DNA of 64,000 nt from a virus. Location: the IMG/VR virus record IMGVR_UViG_3300033153_013649, positions 32,001 through 96,000 of that record, one strand, 5' to 3'. Positions 49,852 to 58,016 of this stretch are shown piece by piece; position 1 is the stretch's first letter; every line of letters starts with the position of its first letter. A program made the translations under genes and the position numbers. The notes beneath the pieces were generated by a model. The model saw only the letters and a program-made list of their open reading frames with translations, made no database searches and was not told the DNA's origin.

Positions 49852-50055
49852 ATGCCAACCTATGATTTTAAATGTACAAAATGTAAAAACGAATGGGAAG
49901 AATTTTTTAAATCAATGAATTTTAAAGTGCCAAAATGTCCAATATGCGGAGCTTTAGCAAAAGAAATAATTTCTGCACCCGTTGGATTTAAATTTATTGG
50001 TCCCGGGTTTTATGAAACAGATTATAAAGAAAAAAAGAAAAAGGATGACCTATAG
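49852..50055 (+). CDS. FmdB family zinc-ribbon protein
   Basis: MPTYDFKC..C...CPICG...F.G.GFYETDY. Confidence 0.88.
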   Translation: MPTYDFKCTKCKNEWEEFFKSMNFKVPKCPICGALAKEIISAPVGFKFIGPGFYETDYKEKKKKDDL

Positions 50056-50087
50056 AGATGGGGTAAAAATTAAATTTGAATATCTTT

Positions 50088-50147
50088 GAGCGAATGGCGC
50101 AAATGGTATACGCAGTGGATTACGCAGACAGTTCTAGACCTCTGGCG
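50088..50147 (+). pseudogene. Degenerate tRNA 5'-half-like sequence
   Basis: GAGCGAA-TG-GCG-CAAATGGTATA-CGC gives an acceptor 5' strand and a Leu/Tyr-like D-arm. No T-arm or 3' acceptor strand was found. Confidence 0.5.
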
Positions 50148-50237
50148 TGTTGATTATTAAACGAAAAACAAGTAATAATTAATAGATAATATGAGAAGCT
50201 TGATAAATTATTAAAAACAAAAGAAAGGAAATAACTA

Positions 50238-50498
50238 ATGTTAGAAAAAGAAAGTGTAGAAGAGTTAAATCTTTTTAAGCTTGTTGAAAGGGGTGATGCG
50301 GTATGCAGCAAAGCCAAAGAGCTTACAAACCGCGTAGATCATGTGGTTTCTAGACTAATAGGTAGTAGTCAAAAAACAAATAAAAAAGAGGAGGCAAAAC
50401 CAACGTGTCCTAATAATTTGTTTGATTTATTAGATGACCATTTTAATAGAATCATGGAAAGTTTAGTTAAAGCTATAAATGGGCTTGATAAATTATAA
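50238..50498 (+). CDS. Small helical protein, paralog 1
   Basis: Shares VS.LIG, P.NL.D, ESL and LD.L with the 50607 ORF; leader aaacaaaagaaaggaa. Confidence 0.75.
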   Translation: MLEKESVEELNLFKLVERGDAVCSKAKELTNRVDHVVSRLIGSSQKTNKKEEAKPTCPNNLFDLLDDHFNRIMESLVKAINGLDKL

Positions 50499-50606
50499 TA
50501 TTAGTTGAGAGAGTAGCGAAAGATTATAGGGGATGCTTGGTGGATGTGTTAAGTTACGTTAAATAGTTAAGGAAATGTTCTTACAAACAAAGAAAGGAAT
50601 TAAACA

Positions 50607-50870
50607 ATGTTATCATCAGATGAAAAAACAAAGGATACTATGAAGATTATAGAACTTGTTGAGCAGGCTAGGATTGTATTGAATTGTTCGTGTTCTCTTA
50701 GTGAAATCGCAAGAACTAAAGTATCTACATTGATAGGTCGTGGACCAGAAGCTCCAGAGGAGAATAAAAAAGAAGAGAATCCTGATAATCTATATGATAA
50801 TGTCATGCATTTACTTAAAAGAACCCTTGAGAGTTTACACGAGATCGAATATGAGCTTGATAGATTGTAA
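50607..50870 (+). CDS. Small helical protein, paralog 2
   Basis: Paralog of the 50238 ORF; leader aaacaaagaaaggaa. Confidence 0.75.
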   Translation: MLSSDEKTKDTMKIIELVEQARIVLNCSCSLSEIARTKVSTLIGRGPEAPEENKKEENPDNLYDNVMHLLKRTLESLHEIEYELDRL

Positions 50871-50878
50871 ACTTTATT

Positions 50879-51016
50879 GAACGAGTGGCGGAATAGGTAG
50901 ACGTTACCATCTGGACTTGGTTAGAGCTTTGGCTTGGGGTGACCGTGGTAAGAGGGGTTCGACTCCCCTTTTAAACAGATAGTTTAACCATGCAGGCTCG
51001 AGTCCTGCCTCGTTCT
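50879..51016 (+). ncRNA. 138-nt tRNA-like RNA with a large insertion and two T-arms
   Basis: Acceptor GAACGAG/CTCGTTC, D-arm GCG-GAATAGGTAGA-CGT, T-arm GCAGG-CTCGAGT-CCTGC and an internal second T-arm AGGGG-TTCGACT-CCCCT. There is no canonical anticodon arm and no encoded CCA. Confidence 0.8.
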
Positions 51017-51224
51017 TTAAGGTAATAATTGGTAGTGAGAAGGAAGTCAATTAAACAATTAAAATTATTGAATAACAAATGTATCATCTGGGAGTAAGTT
51101 GATTTTTGGTCAGGTTGTATTTATTGTAACGGTCAGATCTATGAATATGTTCAGATTGATATTTTATAGGATGAAAATTGGAAAGAAGAGTTTAGATTCA
51201 AATATATTATAGGAATAAAAAAAG

Positions 51225-52346
51225 ATGAGCACATTAATTTCTGAAGTAACAACTATTAATTCTATTCGTTCTCATCCAAACGCGGACAGACTTGAAATTG
51301 CTACAGTAAAGGGCTGGGATTGTATTGTTCCAAAAAACAAATATGAGACCGGGGATAAAATCATTTATATTCCTATTGATGCAGTATTAACTCAAGAATT
51401 TGCGGAGTTAATAGGGGTAGATAATTATCTTTCTAAAGGAAGAGTTCGAACCATAAAACTTCGAGGTGAATATTCCCAGGGATTAATAATCGATGTTGTT
51501 CATTATTGTAATAAATTTATGGAAAAAAATCCGAACGCTACTCCAGTATTTCCAGATCAGATTGCGCTTGGAACAAATGTAACAGAAATGCTCGATATTA
51601 CAAAATATGAACCTCCGCTCCCTCCAGTTGAATTCCGTGGAAAAATGAGAAATAGAAATCCATTTTTCAGTAAATATATAAGCATTGAAAATATTAAGAA
51701 TTTTCCAGATATATTTAAAGAGGGAGAAGAAGTATTAATTAGTGAAAAGTTACATGGAACAAATAGTAGATTCGGGATTGTTAGAAATGAAAATGATCCA
51801 GAAGTTTTAGAATTTCGTGTTGGTTCTCATAATATAGATTTATGTGAAACAGAATCTAATATATATTGGAAGATCGCTAGAAAATTTGATATAAAGAAAA
51901 GATTAATTTCTTGGGTTGATTCTTATAATAAACGGTTAGATATATTTCCTCTTCCCGGAGTTGAAAAGATAAAACAATTTATTTTTTATGGTGAAATCTA
52001 TGGTCCTGGAATTCAGAAAGGAATGCATTATGGTCTTTCTGAACCCGGTATAAGATTTTTTGACATTGAATTTAATGGTAAATATCTCGAAACAGATCAA
52101 ACTAGATTAATTCTTGATTCTCTTAATTTAGATTATGTACCAGTACTTTATGAAGGACCTTGGAAAAAGGAATTAATGGATCTTGCAAATGGCTTATCTA
52201 CTATTTGTAAAGATCATATTCGAGAAGGAATTGTTATTCGTCCTAAGATTCAGAATAAAAGCTGGGAACATATAAAATTAAAGAAGAAGATTTTAAAACA
52301 TATTTCTGAAAAATACCTACTTAAAGATTATGGAGATAATCATTAA
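51225..52346 (+). CDS. RNA ligase, Rnl2/DRB0094 family
   Basis: N-terminal OB domain HPNADRLE, motif I SEKLHGTN, YGEIYGPGIQ, FFDI, REGIVIRP and K.IS..YL. Confidence 0.92.
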   Translation: MSTLISEVTTINSIRSHPNADRLEIATVKGWDCIVPKNKYETGDKIIYIPIDAVLTQEFAELIGVDNYLSKGRVRTIKLRGEYSQGLIIDVVHYCNKFMEKNPNATPVFPDQIALGTNVTEMLDITKYEPPLPPVEFRGKMRNRNPFFSKYISIENIKNFPDIFKEGEEVLISEKLHGTNSRFGIVRNENDPEVLEFRVGSHNIDLCETESNIYWKIARKFDIKKRLISWVDSYNKRLDIFPLPGVEKIKQFIFYGEIYGPGIQKGMHYGLSEPGIRFFDIEFNGKYLETDQTRLILDSLNLDYVPVLYEGPWKKELMDLANGLSTICKDHIREGIVIRPKIQNKSWEHIKLKKKILKHISEKYLLKDYGDNH

Positions 52347-52386
52347 ATACTTTTTCTATAGAAAATCTTAATTAATAAATATTAAT

Positions 52387-53235
52387 ATGAAAAAGTTTAG
52401 TAAAATTCTTTTAGAAAAAGAAACTACCGATCGAAAAATTCGCAAAGAAGCCGAAACTATTTACAACAAAATTATTCGGATTATAAACTCCAAAAAGGAA
52501 AAAATTCAACAATATCAAGAAGGATTTAGTTTAGAATTAGGAAAAATTGATCCTAAATATAAAAAAACGGGGTTAATATTTCAAGTTGGTAGAATTTCAG
52601 ATAAGCCAGGGGAGCTTGCTGTTTTTGCTAGTCCTGGTGCACTAGCTGGACCAGTAAATAATATTCCTTCTATTAATATGTTTATTCTTCCGGACAAATG
52701 GGATTATCTTATAGCATTAAAAGAAATAAAATCTGATCGATCTAAAGTAGCTTTTATTCATGAGTATATTCATTATTATGATTGGTCAAATCATCCAGAT
52801 GCTTTTGAAAAGGAATCTAGAATATCTGCAATGTCGTACATGAAAAGCTCTGAAAAACTCAATTATTATAATTCAAATCCAGAATTTAATGCTTATTATC
52901 AAACAGGTATCAAATGTATAGAATTACAACTAAAAGAACTTCTTAAATCAAAATATAAAGAGTATGGTATTGAACTTGCTTATAAAGTGTTTCCTATAGA
53001 TATTAATGATTTCCTTCATAATAATATTGATAAATATTTTCATGTTCCATGGCTTAAAGCTTTGAATTTTAAGAATCAAAAGAAGTTTTTAAAGAGATTA
53101 GCAGATTATTATATTGATCTTCACGAAAGACTTTCTAGAACTTATAATGAAGGTCAGAAAAAACTTCCTAAGATTAAAAAATTTGCTAAAAACGCAGATC
53201 CAAAAAAATTCAAAAATAATCAAAAAAAGTGTTGA
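52387..53235 (+). CDS. Zincin-like (HExxH) protein, possible internal head protein
   Basis: FIHEYIH...YYNSNPEFNAY; N-terminus MKKFSKILLE; late-like AATAAATA at 52374. Confidence 0.55.
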   Translation: MKKFSKILLEKETTDRKIRKEAETIYNKIIRIINSKKEKIQQYQEGFSLELGKIDPKYKKTGLIFQVGRISDKPGELAVFASPGALAGPVNNIPSINMFILPDKWDYLIALKEIKSDRSKVAFIHEYIHYYDWSNHPDAFEKESRISAMSYMKSSEKLNYYNSNPEFNAYYQTGIKCIELQLKELLKSKYKEYGIELAYKVFPIDINDFLHNNIDKYFHVPWLKALNFKNQKKFLKRLADYYIDLHERLSRTYNEGQKKLPKIKKFAKNADPKKFKNNQKKC

Positions 53236-53260
53236 CAAGTACAGGATTTTTTAGTATATT
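53232..53260 (+). promoter_or_regulatory. Sigma70-type promoter
   Basis: TTGACA-N17-TATATT. Confidence 0.75.
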
Positions 53261-53268
53261 ATATACGA

Positions 53269-53769
53269 TTGATTAAGAGAGAAGAAAAATCCAACAAGAG
53301 GAGAAGAAAAATGGCTGGTAAAATAACCAAACTTACTCGTAATAATGTTGACAAGATTTATGATGAACTTCAGGCCGAATTGGATAAAGTTGGCAATAGG
53401 ATGGGTGTTAGTTTAAAACTTGGAAATTGTACTATTGATCTCGATGAAGGTTCAATAGTTTTTAAGAAATTCCGGCTTCAGGTTGATGATCAGATCGATG
53501 AATCAGTTCCTGAAAATTGGCGCGATAATCCAAAAATGGTCAGTCATTGGAACGAGTATAGAGATACAGCTTCTCGTAAAGGTCTCCCGGCGACAGCTCA
53601 GGGAAAAACTTTCGAGCATAGAGGTGACGTAGTTATGGTAGCTGGTTATAATAGAAAAGCTTATAAAAGACCGGTTATGCTTCTGATCGTTGGTGATAGA
53701 AATGGCGCATATTACTCATTACCGCTGGAATACGCAAAGAAAATTTTTAAAGAAAAAGGTCTTTGTTAA
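53269..53769 (+). CDS. Hypothetical early protein
   Basis: The likely start is the ATG at 53311 after GAGGAG. Confidence 0.65.
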   Translation: MIKREEKSNKRRRKMAGKITKLTRNNVDKIYDELQAELDKVGNRMGVSLKLGNCTIDLDEGSIVFKKFRLQVDDQIDESVPENWRDNPKMVSHWNEYRDTASRKGLPATAQGKTFEHRGDVVMVAGYNRKAYKRPVMLLIVGDRNGAYYSLPLEYAKKIFKEKGLC

Positions 53770-53975
53770 TGACTCGTTATAATAAAAAGTTTGAAAAGAA
53801 TTCATCGGTCGTCGCAGTTAACGAAATTGATTGCGGCGGCTACACTGTTCCGAAAGGATCAGTAGGTCGTTTTATCTGGGAAAGAGATTTCGATCCCGGA
53901 AAGGGTGGACAAGACGTAGCTATATTTTTTCCTTGTATTGAAAAAAAGGTTATAGTTGATAAATTGACAAATTGA
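53763..53975 (+). CDS. Hypothetical protein
   Basis: Small coupled ORF. Confidence 0.5.
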   Translation: MLMTRYNKKFEKNSSVVAVNEIDCGGYTVPKGSVGRFIWERDFDPGKGGQDVAIFFPCIEKKVIVDKLTN

Positions 53976-53988
53976 TAATCATATTTAG

Positions 53989-54223
53989 GAGAATATTCTC
54001 CGCGCGACTTCTCAGTATGGAATCCTGAAGTTGACAATTAAGAGATCACGCCTGGGAGTAGTGTTAGTAGGAATTGGGAAGTTCCGAAATCATCGCGAGA
54101 TGAGCGTACTGATTTCCACCATAGGCCTGGTGTTTGACCAGCGTCCTATGCGGTTAGAATCATCTTTATCTGGAGAGAGCATGGTACCTACTCGAATCCA
54201 GGGTCTGCGCGGAGAATATTCTC
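53989..54223. ncRNA. 235-nt GC-rich structured element bounded by a perfect 17-bp inverted repeat
   Basis: GAGAATATTCTCCGCGC (53989-54005) pairs with GCGCGGAGAATATTCTC (54207-54223). Internal stems are CCTGG-GAGTAG/CTACTC-CCAGG, GAAATCA/TGATTTC and CATAGG-CTGGT/ACCAG-CCTATG. Confidence 0.7.
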
Positions 54224-54242
54224 ATTTTTTTGCAAAAAAGTA

Positions 54243-54271
54243 TTGACAAATACGAAATAATTTAGTATATT
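54243..54271 (+). promoter_or_regulatory. Sigma70-type promoter
   Basis: TTGACA-N17-TATATT. Confidence 0.75.
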
Positions 54272-54299
54272 ATATAGAAGATAATAAAACGAGAAGAAA

Positions 54300-54476
54300 A
54301 TGGAAATCAAATATTTCAAAAATGATCGGAAAACATCGATCATTAAAGATATTGGATTAAAAGATGCACGATCTTTAATAGAAAAGCGCTCCCTTAATTC
54401 CAGAAACTTTACTTCCTATTTTCGTTCGAAAGTAAAATCAATAGTTTATAAAGAATATATTGGTAATATTAACTAA
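54300..54476 (+). CDS. Hypothetical 58-aa protein (not in the ORF track)
   Basis: MEIKYFKNDRK... follows directly after the promoter. Confidence 0.45.
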   Translation: MEIKYFKNDRKTSIIKDIGLKDARSLIEKRSLNSRNFTSYFRSKVKSIVYKEYIGNIN

Positions 54477-54545
54477 TTAAAGAGAAAAAAAGTTCCGAAT
54501 TCTCTTCGAACCGGGAAAGAAAAAGAATATTAAATAATTAATTAT

Positions 54546-55940
54546 ATGAAGAAATCAACTACAGAAAAAGAAACTAAACTTCTTGATCTTATTAGAAGAG
54601 AAATTAAAGGAACTAAATTTGAAGATAAAGTATTCCTCGTAGGGGGAGCTGTAAGAGACGAAATTATGGGAAGTAAAAATTTTAAAGATCTTGATTTTAT
54701 AGTAAATCTTGAAAACGGAGGAATTCTTTTTGCTGAATGGATTACTAAAAGATTCAATTCTTTTAAAGATAGATCAAATCCAATAATTTTTCCGAAATTC
54801 GGAACAGCTAAATTTAATCTTTATATCTGCGGATATGAAGATATTGAAATTGAAGCTGTTATGCCTCGTCAAGAGAATTATGCAAATTCAAGAAAACCAG
54901 AAGTTCAATTTGCTAGTCTTCGCGTGGACGCGCTTAGACGGGATTTTAGTATGAATACTCTTATGAAAAACATTTCTACTAGAAAAATTATTGATCCTCT
55001 TGGAAAAGGATTTAATGATATACATGATCAAATAATCGATACTTCTTCCGATCCAGATATTATTTTTAAAGATGATCCTCTTAGAATGCTTAGAGCTATT
55101 AGATTTTATGCTAAACTCGGTTTTAGAATTTCTGATAGACTTCTTAATGGAATCAAAAGAAATTCTCATTTTCTTGAAAGTATTTCTCAAGAAAGAATTC
55201 AAGAGGAATTTAATCAAATTCTTCTTACTAATAGAACTTCTGAAGCATTAAGAATCATGCTTTCAACTGGACTTATGAATTATATAATTCCTGAATTACT
55301 CGAATTAGATGGTCTAGAGCAAACTTATCACCATCAATGGGATGCTTTAGAACATACTCTTAGAACTGTTGAAAATACTTCTCCCAAATTGATGAGAAGA
55401 ATGGGAGCTCTTCTTCATGATATTGCTAAGGCAAGAGTTAGATCTATTACTGAAGACGGTAAATTTCATTTTTTTGATCATCAAACAGAAGGAGAAAAAC
55501 TTGCTGAAGAAATTCTTATTAGATTGAAATATTCTAGTAATTTTATTAAAGGAATAAAAACGATTGTTAAGAATCACATGAGATTTAAAATGAGTAAGAC
55601 TCATTCTGATAAATTACTTAGAAAATTTAGAACGGATGTTGGAGAATATTTTGAAGCAGTTCTTGATGTTATTCATGCAGATAATATTTCTCATGGAAAC
55701 GGGTTTAATTTGCCAAATCAAATTCCTGAAATCAGGAAAAGATTTATTAATCTTGATGATCAAAAATCTGAACCTAATCTTCCGATCAATGGTAATGATA
55801 TAATGGAGATTCTTAGAATTTCTCCTGGTCCTGAAGTTGGGAAAGTTCTTAATCTTGTAAAAGAAGCTTGGTTTGAAAATCCTGATATAACGAAAAAAGA
55901 GGCAATTGAAATAATTAAAAGAGTCGTAAAGAAGACATAA
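54546..55940 (+). CDS. cca: CCA-adding tRNA nucleotidyltransferase with an HD domain
   Basis: VGGAVRD, DLD, FGTA, DALRRDFSMN, DDPLRMLRAIRF, SQERI and the HD motif LLHDIAK. Confidence 0.92.
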   Translation: MKKSTTEKETKLLDLIRREIKGTKFEDKVFLVGGAVRDEIMGSKNFKDLDFIVNLENGGILFAEWITKRFNSFKDRSNPIIFPKFGTAKFNLYICGYEDIEIEAVMPRQENYANSRKPEVQFASLRVDALRRDFSMNTLMKNISTRKIIDPLGKGFNDIHDQIIDTSSDPDIIFKDDPLRMLRAIRFYAKLGFRISDRLLNGIKRNSHFLESISQERIQEEFNQILLTNRTSEALRIMLSTGLMNYIIPELLELDGLEQTYHHQWDALEHTLRTVENTSPKLMRRMGALLHDIAKARVRSITEDGKFHFFDHQTEGEKLAEEILIRLKYSSNFIKGIKTIVKNHMRFKMSKTHSDKLLRKFRTDVGEYFEAVLDVIHADNISHGNGFNLPNQIPEIRKRFINLDDQKSEPNLPINGNDIMEILRISPGPEVGKVLNLVKEAWFENPDITKKEAIEIIKRVVKKT

Positions 55941-55962
55941 TATTCTTTTTATAGTAATAAGA

Positions 55963-56496
55963 ATGGCTAAAATATTTTTTTCAAAAGATGGTAAATATCG
56001 ATATTTTATTATTAAAACTTGGGATAAAAGTAAGCCTAGAATTATGTTTATTATGCTTAATCCCTCAACAAAGCACGATTTAGATTCGCCTAATGCTCTT
56101 TCAAAGTGTATTGAATATGCTAAAATTTGGGATTATGGGTCGATTTGTATTGTTAATATATTTGCCTTTCGATCAAATACCCCTACTGGATTATATTCTG
56201 AAAGGGATCCAATCGGTCCGGAAAATGATAAATTTATAAAAATATTTGCAAAACATGTTGATATGATTTTACTTGGTTGGGGAAATCATGGAATCTATAA
56301 GAATAGAGGAAAAGAAATATTAAAATTATTAAAACCTTTTGAAAATAAATTATATTGTCTAGATTTGAATAAAAGCGGGGAACCTCGTCATCCTTTATAT
56401 CTTTCCGAAAGTTTAATTCCTAGAAAATATGAATTAGAAAATAAACTTCATGTTAAATCAAAATTTTCAAAATTATTAAAAAAGGAGAAATTATGA
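55963..56496 (+). CDS. DUF1643 family protein
   Basis: S.DGKYRY, FIMLNPS, N.FAFRS, WGNHG and G.PRHPLY motifs. Confidence 0.88.
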   Translation: MAKIFFSKDGKYRYFIIKTWDKSKPRIMFIMLNPSTKHDLDSPNALSKCIEYAKIWDYGSICIVNIFAFRSNTPTGLYSERDPIGPENDKFIKIFAKHVDMILLGWGNHGIYKNRGKEILKLLKPFENKLYCLDLNKSGEPRHPLYLSESLIPRKYELENKLHVKSKFSKLLKKEKL

Positions 56497-56750
56497 AAGT
56501 GATTGGTAAAACCTTGATTCTAGAAGACACTGATATTTGTAAAGCTTCTAAAGATAAGAGTTTAGGGGAACTTTTGTTGGAAGATTTTAAAGTTTCAGTA
56601 AATTCTATTTATGATTATGATACGATTCTTCTTCAATATGGAAGGATGATTGTATTTTTCAAATTCCGGAACGATAAAAATATTATGAAAATGGGAGAGG
56701 TTTTCGCTAATATTTCAGATCTTAAATTAATCGATCGCGAATATGTCTAA
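56493..56750 (+). CDS. Hypothetical protein
   Basis: AGGAG RBS; coupled ORF. Confidence 0.55.
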   Translation: MKVIGKTLILEDTDICKASKDKSLGELLLEDFKVSVNSIYDYDTILLQYGRMIVFFKFRNDKNIMKMGEVFANISDLKLIDREYV

Positions 56751-56757
56751 AAAAAGG

Positions 56758-56787
56758 TTGACAAACTAGACTAAATTAAAGTATATT
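56758..56787 (+). promoter_or_regulatory. Sigma70-type promoter
   Basis: TTGACA-N18-TATATT. Confidence 0.7.
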
Positions 56788-56813
56788 ATTATATTATAAT
56801 ATAGAGGATAATT

Positions 56814-58016
56814 ATGCTTGAAAGTAAATTTTTAAAAGATTTAAAAAAATCTCAAGGGGAAAGAACAATAATAGGATTCAATATGGCGCCAGAAGTAGCT
56901 GACGATAATTGGTTTTCTACTGGTTCTAAGATGCTTGATATGCAAATGAACGGGGGGAAATTAAATTTAGGAGGAGTTCCCGGAGGAAAGATTTCAGTTT
57001 TTGCTGGTCCAAAAACTTGTGGAAAGACTTATTTTGCTTCTCAAGTAATAAAGGATTTTTTGGAAAAAGAACCCCTCGGAATAGCTTTGTATTATGATAC
57101 AGAGGAAGCAATGACTCCAGCGAGACTTTTTAATTCTGGAATTTCGAAAGAAAACATCGAAAGATGTATTATTGTTCCGATTGTTACTCAAGAAGAATTA
57201 TGGTTAAAAGTTGCAGAAGCTTATAGAAATATTGAAACAGAAAACGTAAGGATCATGATTGTTGTAGATTCAGTTGGTGGGTTATCTTCTCAAGCTGCTT
57301 TTAATGATATTGAAATAGGGAATATTCCAAAAGCTTCTATGGGTAGAGAACAAAAAATGAACAAAGAAATCGCAAAATATATTATGCATAAAGCAAATTC
57401 TGGAAATCATGGTCCTTGTATTCTTATTTCTCATGTTTATAAAGATCTTAATGCTCCAAATCCAAAATATGCTACGAATGTTATTTCAGGGGGAGAAGGG
57501 ATTGGATATTTTAATTCGAACACTGTAATTTTTACTAGATCAAAATATAAAGAAGAAAAAGATTCATCAATACATGAAGTAAATGGAATTTTAGTAAGAT
57601 CAATTATTACTAAATCTAGACTTGCTCGAGAAGAAACGATTACTCAATCTCTTATTCATTTTAACAGAGGTGTTATTCCATATTTCGGATTCGTTTCAAT
57701 GTTAGAACAAGCCGGATTTTTATGGAAAGCCGGAAATAAATATCAGCTCGATGGTCCGAATCCAGATTATGTAAAAAATTCTAAGAAACCAAATGAAAGA
57801 TACCCGGGTCTTGGACCAACATATTGGGCAAAAGAATTAAACGCGAATGCTTCTCTTATCCAAGAGCCTCTCAAAAAACTTGAACCTTGGACAATTAAAC
57901 AATTTGCAATTGGAAAATTAAGTATGTCTACAAATGACGAATCTCTCGAAGTTCCTGAAAGTACTTTGGATTTTAGTAGAGTTGATGAAGATGAAATTTC
58001 AAGTACAGGGAAATAA
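56814..58016 (+). CDS. uvsX: RecA-like recombinase UvsX
   Basis: STGS..LD, GPKTCGKT, YYDTE, VVDSVG, SGG.G and KSR motifs. Confidence 0.92.
   Translation: MLESKFLKDLKKSQGERTIIGFNMAPEVADDNWFSTGSKMLDMQMNGGKLNLGGVPGGKISVFAGPKTCGKTYFASQVIKDFLEKEPLGIALYYDTEEAMTPARLFNSGISKENIERCIIVPIVTQEELWLKVAEAYRNIETENVRIMIVVDSVGGLSSQAAFNDIEIGNIPKASMGREQKMNKEIAKYIMHKANSGNHGPCILISHVYKDLNAPNPKYATNVISGGEGIGYFNSNTVIFTRSKYKEEKDSSIHEVNGILVRSIITKSRLAREETITQSLIHFNRGVIPYFGFVSMLEQAGFLWKAGNKYQLDGPNPDYVKNSKKPNERYPGLGPTYWAKELNANASLIQEPLKKLEPWTIKQFAIGKLSMSTNDESLEVPESTLDFSRVDEDEISSTGK

Noticed and set aside
50128-50144. TT-CTA-GA loop as an amber suppressor tRNA or a sign of stop-codon recoding
   Set aside because: The flanking stem does not pair properly and there is no T-arm. 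Genes are intact in the standard code and TAG is used as a stop.
53989-54223. Retron msr-msd or DGR element
   Set aside because: No reverse transcriptase is present in the window.
54031-54246. 71-aa ORF as a real gene
   Set aside because: It has a TTG start, a weak RBS and atypical composition, and it lies within the structured element.
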